A stretch of DNA of 64,000 bases from an uncultured Oceanospirillales bacterium (GTDB taxonomy: Bacteria; Pseudomonadota; Gammaproteobacteria; Xanthomonadales; SZUA-36). Both the position numbers and the translations under genes were made by a program. The notes under the pieces were generated by a model. That model ran no database searches and had not been told where the DNA came from. It worked only from the letters and a program-made list of their open reading frames with translations. The stretch spans positions 680,842-744,841 of the forward strand of contig CAJXKA010000001.1 in assembly GCA_913055655.1 (NCBI GenBank). Direction: 5' to 3'. The number at the start of each line of letters is the position of its first letter. Positions within the stretch are counted from its first letter, which is position 1. This document shows, piece by piece, positions 1 to 8,877 of this stretch.

Positions 1-278
1 TGGCACCCATACCGTGCCAATCGATAAGTCAGAAGTCGACCTGTACTGTGTTTATTGTCCGGATACGGATGAGTGCTATTACCTGGATCCGTCCGAGTTT
101 GGCTCGACAGTCTGCTTGAGGGTAGTGGCTCCCAAGAACAGTCAGACAAAAGGCGTGCGTTTCGCCACTGACTTTCGAAGGGCTCCGTAGAGACTATACG
201 TGCAGCGCCTGAGATGGCGAAGAGATAGTCCAGACCACAAACCTGCCTGGCAGGGCCGCGAAAACGGTAGTTGGTAAG
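1..278 (+). mobile_element. Group I intron, 3' portion (the 5' part lies upstream of the window)
   Basis: R-like core element GTAGAGACTATACG at 187-200 and S-like element AAGAGATAGTCC at 220-231. GACTA 192-196 pairs with TAGTC 226-230 (P7). P8-like hairpin CGCC/GGCG at 206-219. P9-like helices at 234-275. Terminal G278 directly precedes a tRNA 3' half. Confidence 0.7.
2..190 (+). CDS. Intron-encoded PD-(D/E)XK-type homing endonuclease, C-terminal 62 codons (partial, start outside the window)
   Basis: Frame-2 ORF is open from the window edge to TAG at 188-190. Translation: GTHTVPIDKSEVDLYCVYCPDTDECYYLDPSEFGSTVCLRVVAPKNSQTKGVRFATDFRRAP. It resembles the C-terminus of group I intron-associated PD-(D/E)XK endonucleases (I-Ssp6803I family), recognised from memory. 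The ORF runs into the intron R element. Confidence 0.55.
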   Translation, partial: GTHTVPIDKSEVDLYCVYCPDTDECYYLDPSEFGSTVCLRVVAPKNSQTKGVRFATDFRRAP

Positions 279-320
279 CTAAGCCGACGGTTGCAGGTTC
301 GAGTCCTGCCGGGCGCGCCA
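279..320 (+). tRNA. tRNA-Arg 3' exon (anticodon positions 35-36 = CU; UCU inferred, CCU possible)
   Basis: CTAA + GCCGA (3' anticodon stem) + CGGTT + T arm GCAGG-TTCGAGT-CCTGC + acceptor CGGGCGC + G + CCA. T arm and acceptor end are nearly identical to the enterobacterial tRNA-Arg 3' end. No D arm or 5' anticodon stem lies upstream in the window. Confidence 0.65.
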
Positions 321-405
321 ATTGACGGTAATATTGCGCAAACCGGGGCGCAAAGTATGTATAATTCCCGGCCCGGCGACTGATGTCGGCGGCAACAGTT
401 TTATG

Positions 406-481
406 GTGGGCGTAGCTCAGTTGGTAGAGCACCGGATTGTGATTCCGGCGGTCGTGGGTTCAAGCCCCATCGTCCACCCCA
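406..481 (+). tRNA. tRNA-His (GUG)
   Basis: Cloverleaf read by eye. G-1 is present; anticodon arm CCGGA-TTGTGAT-TCCGG; T loop GGTTCAAGCCC; encoded CCA. Confidence 0.95.
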
Positions 482-487
482 AATTTC

Positions 488-563
488 GGGCCATTAGCTC
501 AATTGGCAGAGCAGTTGACTCTTAATCAATTGGTTCTAGGTTCGAGTCCTAGATGGCCCACCA
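488..563 (+). tRNA. tRNA-Lys (CUU)
   Basis: Acceptor GGGCCAT/ATGGCCC; anticodon arm GTTGA-CTCTTAA-TCAAT; T arm CTAGGTTCGAGTCCTAG; CCA. Confidence 0.93.
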
Positions 564-621
564 TCACAAGGGGCCGGAGCGTCAAAACTCCGGCCTTCTT
601 TACAAGCAGGTCCAGGTTTAC

Positions 622-714
622 GGAGAGGTGCCGGAGTGGTTGAACGGGCTCGCCTGGAAAGTGAGTATACGGTTTATAGCCGTATCGAGGGTTCGAATCC
701 CTCCCTCTCCGCCA
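622..714 (+). tRNA. tRNA-Ser (GGA)
   Basis: 93 nt with a long variable arm; anticodon arm CTCGC-CTGGAAA-GTGAG; T loop GGTTCGAATCC; CCA. Confidence 0.95.
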
Positions 715-752
715 CGCTTTGAACGCGGGTTCCGACCCAGCGGGGTCACTCT

Positions 753-1127
753 TCAGGACCTGGGCCGATAGTTCACACCGGCCAGTCCTTCGAAATCGCT
801 GTCCTGGGTCCACAGTGTCGCGTTCCACGCCTGGGCAGTGGCGAAGATGATGCTGTCGGCCAGTGGCAACTTATGTCGTAATCCAAAATCCGCGGCGCTG
901 ATCGCCAGGTTGGCATCCAGGTCCACCACCTGCGCGTTGCGCATATAGGCTGAAACTTTCAGCGCCTCATGCTCCGAAACTTCGCGCGAGAGGTGCTTGA
1001 AGACTTCCGTGATCGTGACCGTGGGCACCACGAGCTGGTCAACGGCCTCCAGGGCCGGGGCGAACCAGTCCGCGTTCGGCTCTTCGGCCAGGTAGGACAG
1101 CCAACCGGAGGAGTCCACGACGTTCAC
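753..1127 (-). CDS. vapC: PIN-domain ribonuclease toxin VapC
   Basis: GTG start. Begins VNVVDSSGWLSYLAEEPNADWF and ends in DSIIFATA...TQDSDF, typical PIN acidic residues. 4-nt overlap (GTGA) with the upstream antitoxin. Confidence 0.85.
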   Translation of the reverse strand: MNVVDSSGWLSYLAEEPNADWFAPALEAVDQLVVPTVTITEVFKHLSREVSEHEALKVSAYMRNAQVVDLDANLAISAADFGLRHKLPLADSIIFATAQAWNATLWTQDSDFEGLAGVNYRPRS

Positions 1128-1330
1128 AGCCGGTCCGGGTCTCGTTCGATGTGCGTGTCGATGCCCTCGTAACGACCGCGCATCTCGCGGATCGATCGTA
1201 TGGGCACCAGCTCGATCCGGCCCTTGTAGGCCAGCACCTGGATTTTCTCGCCGGGTTCGAGGTTCAGCGACTCCCGGACATCTTTGGGAATGACGACCTG
1301 GAATTTGGGTGAGAGGGTGACGGTTGTCAT
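1124..1330 (-). CDS. vapB: AbrB/MazE/SpoVT-type antitoxin (VapB)
   Basis: 68 aa: MTTVTLSPKFQVVIPKDVRESLNLEPGEKIQVLAYKGRIELVP. SpoVT-AbrB fold signature; overlaps the vapC start. Confidence 0.8.
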   Translation of the reverse strand: MTTVTLSPKFQVVIPKDVRESLNLEPGEKIQVLAYKGRIELVPIRSIREMRGRYEGIDTHIERDPDRL

Positions 1331-1362
1331 ACGATATCTCCATCGATACAAAAATCGTATGA
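1327..1362. promoter_or_regulatory. Putative vapBC operator palindrome
   Basis: 9-bp inverted repeat TCATACGAT (1327-1335) / ATCGTATGA (1354-1362) with an inner ATCGAT. It spans the vapB start codon and leader. Confidence 0.35.
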
Positions 1363-1575
1363 CAAGTATAGCTGAGCAGACTGCCCGGTGAAGTCGGAAA
1401 TGTTCAGGGATTGTTGTAAGAGGGTGTCGCCTGGCGGCGCGATTGGCCTTGACCTTGATTTCCGCGCCAAGGCCCTGATATCTCCAACGCCAGGGTGACA
1501 AAATCCTGTAAAATACGTGGTTGGCGGTTCGTGCCGCCCGGCCCGGCCTGTTCCCCGAATTGAGTCAGCCAGCAA

Positions 1576-1662
<87 letters not shown>

Positions 1663-1701
1663 GTTTCTGAAGACCGGTTTTTCTAAAGGAAATACAAGTT
1701 C

Positions 1702-3012
1702 ATGCAAGTCACAGTTGAGAATCCGGGCGGCCTGCAGCGCCGCCTGACCGTGCAGGTTCCGGCCGGCGAAGTCCAGCAGCAGATCGACGCGCGCCTGCGC
1801 GAGATCGGCAAGACCGCACGCCTGAAAGGTTTCCGTCCCGGCCGCGTGCCGATGAAAGTGCTGCAGCAGCGCTTCGGCCCCTCGGTCCGCAACGAGATCG
1901 TCTCCAAGACGGTCGAGTCCAGCCTGGCCCAGGCCATTCGCCAGGAGTCGCTGAAGCCGGCGGCCAACCCGGTCATCGAATCCGTGCCGGAAGTGAAGGC
2001 CGACAAGGACTTCGAGTTCACGGCCACCATCGAGGTGATGCCGGAAATCGACAAGGTCGACACGGCCGCCATCGAGGTCAAGTCACCGGACGCGGAAATC
2101 ACCGAGGACGACATCGACGACATGCTGAACACGCTGTGTGAACAGCGCGCCACCTGGGAAGAGGCCAACCGCCAGCCCAAGGACGGCGACCAGGTGCTGA
2201 TCGAATACGCCGCCGACACCAAGGACGGCCGCGTGCCGGAAGAGGGCATGTCGCGCCTGGCGATCGTCATGGGCCAGTCCGGTTTCGACAAGCTGGAGAA
2301 AGTCCTGGCCGACCTGACCACCGGCGGCGTCACCGAGACCAAGCTGAAATTTCCCGACGATTTCCGCGAACAGGCCCTGGCCGGCAAGAAGGCGGACGTG
2401 TCACTGAAGATCGACAGTGTGCGTGAAAAGCACCTGCCGGAAATCGACGCCGAGTTCATCCAGTCCTTCGGTATCGAGAGTGGCGACATGGACGAGATGC
2501 GCAGCGAGGTTCGCAAGAACCTGGAGCGCGAGATGAAAGGCGCACGCCTGACGCTGTTGAAGACCCAGATCCTGAACGCGCTGCTGGCCAGCCATGAAGA
2601 CCTGGAAGTGCCCGAGGGCCTGGTCCGCCAGGAAGCGGCGCAGTTGCTGCAGACGCAGGCACGCCAGCGCGGCTTCGAGCCGGATCCGTCCATGCTGCCG
2701 CAGTTCAGCGACGTTGCCCGCAAGCGCGTCAAGAGCGGCCTGCTGATCAGCGAGATTGCCCGCCAGAACGACATCATCGTCGACGGCGCCAAGGTGCGCG
2801 AGGCAATCGAGTCGGTGGCCAGCACCTACGAGCAGTCGCGCGAAGTGGTGCAGATGTACTACAACAACCCCGAACTGTTGAACTCTGTCGAGGGTTCGGT
2901 ACTCGAAGAGCAGGTGGTTGACTGGGTGCTGGATCACGCTAAAGTGAACACCGAGGCGATGAGCTTCAAGGACCTGATTAACGCGGCCGCCCAATCGAGG
3001 CAGGGATTATGA
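1702..3012 (+). CDS. tig: Trigger factor
   Basis: 436 aa starting [21 protein letters not shown]... with ...GFRPGRVP; position upstream of clpP-clpX-lon. Confidence 0.97.
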   Translation: MQVTVENPGGLQRRLTVQVPAGEVQQQIDARLREIGKTARLKGFRPGRVPMKVLQQRFGPSVRNEIVSKTVESSLAQAIRQESLKPAANPVIESVPEVKADKDFEFTATIEVMPEIDKVDTAAIEVKSPDAEITEDDIDDMLNTLCEQRATWEEANRQPKDGDQVLIEYAADTKDGRVPEEGMSRLAIVMGQSGFDKLEKVLADLTTGGVTETKLKFPDDFREQALAGKKADVSLKIDSVREKHLPEIDAEFIQSFGIESGDMDEMRSEVRKNLEREMKGARLTLLKTQILNALLASHEDLEVPEGLVRQEAAQLLQTQARQRGFEPDPSMLPQFSDVARKRVKSGLLISEIARQNDIIVDGAKVREAIESVASTYEQSREVVQMYYNNPELLNSVEGSVLEEQVVDWVLDHAKVNTEAMSFKDLINAAAQSRQGL

Positions 3013-3644
3013 GCAACGCCGGCGCGATGGATACGCGAGCACTGAACCTGGTGCCCATGGTGGTCGAACAGACCTCCCGGGGCGAGCGCGCGTACGATAT
3101 TTACTCGCGCCTGCTCAAAGAGCGTGTCATCTTCATCGTCGGCCCGATCGACGATCACACCGCCAACCTGGTGGTTGCGCAGCTGCTGTTCCTGGAGTCC
3201 GAGAACCCGGACAAGGACATCAATATCTACATCAACAGCCCGGGTGGCTCCGTCACCGCGGGCCTGGCCATTTACGACACCATGCAGTTCGTGAAGCCGG
3301 ACGTCTCCACCATGTGCGTGGGGCAGGCGGCTTCCATGGGCGCGGTGCTGCTGGCCGCGGGCGCGAAAGACAAGCGTTACGCACTGCCGCACTCGCGGGT
3401 GATGATTCACCAGCCGCTGGGCGGCTTCCAGGGCCAGGCCTCGGACATCGATATCCATGCCCGGGAAATCCTGAAAATCCGCGAGCAGCTGAACGAGCTG
3501 CTGGCCGGTCACACCGGACAGGACGTGGAAAAGATCGCGCGCGATACCGAACGTGATCATTTCATGGGTCCGGCCGAGGCGCAGGACTATGGCCTCGTCG
3601 ACCGTGTTCTTGACAGCCGTAGCGGCGACAAGGACAATGCCTGA
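3009..3644 (+). CDS. clpP: ATP-dependent Clp protease proteolytic subunit
   Basis: Contains [17 protein letters not shown], the catalytic context GQAASMGA, and HQPLGG. ATGA overlap with tig. Confidence 0.97.
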   Translation: MSNAGAMDTRALNLVPMVVEQTSRGERAYDIYSRLLKERVIFIVGPIDDHTANLVVAQLLFLESENPDKDINIYINSPGGSVTAGLAIYDTMQFVKPDVSTMCVGQAASMGAVLLAAGAKDKRYALPHSRVMIHQPLGGFQGQASDIDIHAREILKIREQLNELLAGHTGQDVEKIARDTERDHFMGPAEAQDYGLVDRVLDSRSGDKDNA

Positions 3645-3682
3645 AAACATCGGATTTTCATTGACATACAGAACAAATCCAG

Positions 3683-4948
3683 ATGACTGATAAAGAACAG
3701 AATTCCACGGACGGCAAGATCCTCTACTGTTCGTTCTGCGGCAAGAGCCAGCACGAGGTCCGCAAGCTCATTGCGGGCCCCAGCGTGTATATCTGCGACG
3801 AGTGCGTCGAGCTCTGCAACGACATCATCCGCGAGGAGCTTGAGGACGCCGGCGTCGCCGATCGCGAATCGCTGCCCATTCCGAAGGAAATCCATTCCTT
3901 CCTGGACGAGTACGTCATTGGCCAGGAACAGGCCAAGAAGGTGCTGTCGGTGGCGGTGTACAACCACTACAAGCGCCTGGAGCCCGGTCGTCGCGAGGAA
4001 GAGGTGGAACTGGCCAAGAGCAACATCCTGCTCATCGGCCCCACCGGTTCCGGCAAGACGCTGCTGGCGGAAACGCTGGCGCGCATGCTCAACGTGCCGT
4101 TCACCATCGCCGACGCGACCACGCTCACCGAAGCGGGCTACGTTGGCGAAGATGTCGAGAACATCATCCAGAAGCTGCTGCAGAAGTGCGACTACGACGT
4201 CGAGAAAGCCCAGACGGGCATCGTCTACATCGACGAAATCGACAAGGTCTCACGCAAGGCCGAAAACCCGTCCATCACCCGCGACGTGTCGGGCGAGGGC
4301 GTGCAACAGGCGCTGCTGAAACTGATCGAGGGCACCATCGCCTCGGTGCCGCCCCAGGGCGGCCGCAAGCACCCGCAGCAGGAATTCCTGCAGGTCGACA
4401 CCTCGCAGATCTTGTTTATCTGTGGCGGCGCCTTCGCCGGCCTGGAAAAAGTCATCCAGGACCGCTCCACCAAGTCCGGCATCGGCTTCTCCGCCGAGGT
4501 CAAATCGAAAGAAGCCCGCGTCGACATCGGCGAAGTGCTGGCCGAGGTCGAACCCGAGGACCTGGTCAAGTACGGCCTGATCCCCGAATTCGTCGGCCGC
4601 CTGCCGGTGGTCGCCACCCTGCGCGAGCTCGACGAGCACGCCCTGGTGCGCATCCTCACCGAACCCAGGAACGCCCTGGTCAAGCAGTACCAGCAACTGT
4701 TCGACATGGAAGGCTGCGAACTCGACATCCGCGACGACGCCCTGCACGCCATCGCCCGCAAGGCCATGGCCCGCCGCACCGGCGCCCGCGGCCTGCGCAC
4801 CATTCTCGAATCCGTGCTGCTCGAATCGATGTACGAATTGCCGTCCATGGAAAATGTCTCGAAAGTCGTTGTCGACGAGACGGTCATTGAAGGCGATGCG
4901 GAGCCTTTGATGCTGTATGAGAATGCGCAGCAGGCTGCCGACGGTTAA
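3683..4948 (+). CDS. clpX: ATP-dependent Clp protease ATP-binding subunit ClpX
   Basis: N-terminal zinc finger CSFCGKSQ...CDEC; Walker A GPTGSGKT; 421 aa. Confidence 0.98.
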   Translation: MTDKEQNSTDGKILYCSFCGKSQHEVRKLIAGPSVYICDECVELCNDIIREELEDAGVADRESLPIPKEIHSFLDEYVIGQEQAKKVLSVAVYNHYKRLEPGRREEEVELAKSNILLIGPTGSGKTLLAETLARMLNVPFTIADATTLTEAGYVGEDVENIIQKLLQKCDYDVEKAQTGIVYIDEIDKVSRKAENPSITRDVSGEGVQQALLKLIEGTIASVPPQGGRKHPQQEFLQVDTSQILFICGGAFAGLEKVIQDRSTKSGIGFSAEVKSKEARVDIGEVLAEVEPEDLVKYGLIPEFVGRLPVVATLRELDEHALVRILTEPRNALVKQYQQLFDMEGCELDIRDDALHAIARKAMARRTGARGLRTILESVLLESMYELPSMENVSKVVVDETVIEGDAEPLMLYENAQQAADG

Positions 4949-4968
4949 TCGGGGAATCGGGGAATCGG
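4947..4968. repeat. Tandem octamer GGAATCGG, about 2.75 copies (inverted partner of the 5445-5527 array)
   Basis: AATCGGGGAATCGGGGAATCGG starts inside the clpX TAA stop codon. It is the exact reverse complement of the downstream array unit. Confidence 0.9.
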
Positions 4969-4984
4969 TTAGAGAGCAAGCCCG

Positions 4985-5392
4985 TCAGGGGCTGGTTGCC
5001 AGTTGCTTGTCGAGGCTTTTTAGCAGGCCGAAGAGTAGGGCGTAGAGTCGGTCGATTTTTTGCTCCAGTTCTTCCAGGTTGATGTTGTAGCCCAGGTTGT
5101 TGCACAACAAGATCTGGGTTTCTATTTCTGCGAGAGAGCCCCGGGCCATCAGGGTAAATCGCCTCAAATCCCGTTTTGAATTTCTCGCGGCGCCTTCGGC
5201 GATGTTCGAGGGTATCGAAACGGCTGCCCGCCGCAACTGGGCACACAACCCAAACCGCTCATGATCAGGTAGTCCGGACGTGTTCGCGTAGATGGTTTCT
5301 ACAAACTTCATGGCAACTTGCCACAACTGAAGTTTGAGATGAGCGCGATACACGGGTTTGGGCGTCTTGTTTTCCACACAAAAATTCTCCAT
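4985..5392 (-). CDS. Four-helix-bundle protein (23S rRNA intervening-sequence protein / Avd-like family)
   Basis: 135 aa with LWQVAMKFVETIY...ERFGLCAQLRRAAVSIPSNIAEGAAR...ARGSLAEIETQI, the hallmark of this family. GC is about 50% against a background of about 65%. Confidence 0.85.
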   Translation of the reverse strand: MENFCVENKTPKPVYRAHLKLQLWQVAMKFVETIYANTSGLPDHERFGLCAQLRRAAVSIPSNIAEGAARNSKRDLRRFTLMARGSLAEIETQILLCNNLGYNINLEELEQKIDRLYALLFGLLKSLDKQLATSP

Positions 5393-5444
5393 CGCCAGGC
5401 ATCAAAAAGATATGGCGCGTTTCCTTTTTGGCTGTAGACTTTTT

Positions 5445-5527
5445 CCGATTCCCCGATTCCCCGATTCCCCGATTCCCCGATTCCCCGATTCCCCGATTCC
5501 CCGATTCCCCGATTCCCCGATTCCCCG
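5445..5527. repeat. Tandem octamer CCGATTCC, 10 full copies plus a partial copy
   Basis: Perfect 8-nt periodicity counted from 5445 to 5524, plus CCG. Confidence 0.97.
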
Positions 5528-5528
5528 T

Positions 5529-5557
5529 TTGAAAACGCGCCACGCCAGTCCCATATT
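5529..5557 (+). promoter_or_regulatory. Putative sigma-32 (heat-shock) type promoter of lon
   Basis: CCCCGTTTGAAA (TTGAAA at 5529-5534), 15-nt spacer, then CCCATATT at 5550-5557. About 95 nt upstream of the lon ATG. Motif match only. Confidence 0.35.
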
Positions 5558-5651
5558 CGATACAGCGAAGGCAGGAACCTCCCAGCCTTGATGTATCCTT
5601 GAATTGCCACGTGCCGCGAACGCCTCGCGGCCACCAGACACGGGTCCCCGA

Positions 5652-8063
<2,412 letters not shown>

Positions 8064-8073
8064 GTTTCGGGGC

Positions 8074-8153
8074 GCTTTCCGGCGACTTATCAAGCAAAAG
8101 AATCGCTTGGGGAGGCAAGCTAATCCAATACCTCCCCAAGCGCGCCGGAAAGC
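8074..8153 (+). other. Nested (compound) hairpin downstream of lon
   Basis: Outer stem GCTTTCCGGCG 8074-8084 / CGCCGGAAAGC 8143-8153. Inner 10-bp stem CTTGGGGAGG 8106-8115 / CCTCCCCAAG 8131-8140. No T-run follows. Confidence 0.45.
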
Positions 8154-8339
8154 TGTTGCGCCGCCATCCAGCGGTGTATTAGTATCGTCCCACGCTCCGC
8201 AGGCCGCGACCTGCAAGGCGTTCCGGGGGATAGGGAAACCCGGGTACAGAGACCATAGTTGGTAGTAGCCGTTTGCCACCGCAGTCCGTACAAGCCCCTC
8301 TATTAGAAATTCACACACACTGATACATGGAGTGCAAAA

Positions 8340-8612
8340 ATGAACAAATCTGAATTGATCGACGCGATTGCCGAGTCCGCAGGCCTGACCAAGGCTGACG
8401 CTGGCAGCGCGCTGGACGCCACCGTGGGCGCGATCACCTCCGCGCTGCAGCGCGGTCAGTCTGTTTCCCTGGTGGGCTTCGGCACCTTCACCGTTCGCCA
8501 CCGCGCCGCCCGTACCGGCCGCAACCCGCGCACCGGTGAAAGCATCACGATCAAGGCTTCAAATAATCCTGCTTTCAAGGCTGGCAAAGCGCTCAAAGAC
8601 GCTGTAAACTAG
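8340..8612 (+). CDS. hupB: DNA-binding protein HU-beta
   Basis: 90 aa: [12 protein letters not shown]...[22 protein letters not shown]. Confidence 0.95.
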   Translation: MNKSELIDAIAESAGLTKADAGSALDATVGAITSALQRGQSVSLVGFGTFTVRHRAARTGRNPRTGESITIKASNNPAFKAGKALKDAVN

Positions 8613-8625
8613 CCCGCCTTTTGCA

Positions 8626-8701
8626 GGGTGCTTAGCTCAGCTGGGAGAGCATCGCCCTTACAAGGCGAGGGTCGGCGGTTCGAGCCCGTCAGCACCCACC
8701 A
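8626..8701 (+). tRNA. tRNA-Val (UAC)
   Basis: Anticodon arm TCGCC-CTTACAA-GGCGA; T loop GGTTCGAGCCC; CCA. Confidence 0.95.
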
Positions 8702-8713
8702 GTAAGTTACAAC

Positions 8714-8790
8714 GGAGTGGTAGTTCAGTTGGTTAGAATACCGGCCTGTCACGCCGGGGGTCGCGGGTTCGAGTCCCGTCCACTCCGCCA
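8714..8790 (+). tRNA. tRNA-Asp (GUC)
   Basis: Anticodon arm CCGGC-CTGTCAC-GCCGG; T loop GGTTCGAGTCC; CCA. Confidence 0.95.
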
Positions 8791-8800
8791 ACGTTGTAGA

Positions 8801-8825
8801 AAAGGGCGCCCCGGCGCCCTTTTCA
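8801..8825 (+). terminator. Rho-independent terminator after the tRNA-Val/Asp pair
   Basis: AAAGGGCGCC-CC-GGCGCCCTTTTC: GC stem followed by a T-run. Confidence 0.6.
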
Positions 8826-8877
8826 TTATGGAGCCCTCCGGCACGACGGGGGCATAAACAGGACGCTCAGTCGACTC

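Noticed and set aside
205-320. A possible intact but oversized (116-nt) tRNA. GCGCCTG at 205-211 can pair with the acceptor 3' strand CGGGCGC.
   Set aside because: No D arm or anticodon arm can be drawn between the two ends. The interval instead contains the group I S element, P8/P9-like hairpins and a terminal G. The intron-plus-3'-exon reading explains everything.
322-365. A sigma-70 promoter for the His-Lys-Ser tRNA run (TTGACG at 322-327, or TTGCGC at 336-341, with TATAAT at 360-365).
   Set aside because: TTGACG lies 32 nt from the TATAAT. The TTGCGC/18-nt/TATAAT alternative is plausible but weak, and the tRNAs may equally be co-transcribed with the split tRNA-Arg. Not strong enough to list as a feature.
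142-828. Small ORFs overlapping the tRNA cluster on both strands.
   Set aside because: They are translations of tRNA genes (LEPATVGL- and GLEPRTN-type strings).
1683-2825. 380-aa minus-strand ORF.
   Set aside because: Antisense to tig. Ser/Arg-rich artefact.
5445-5527. CRISPR-like regular repeat array.
   Set aside because: The units are 8 nt and directly abutting, with no spacers. This is a simple tandem repeat, and no cas genes are present.
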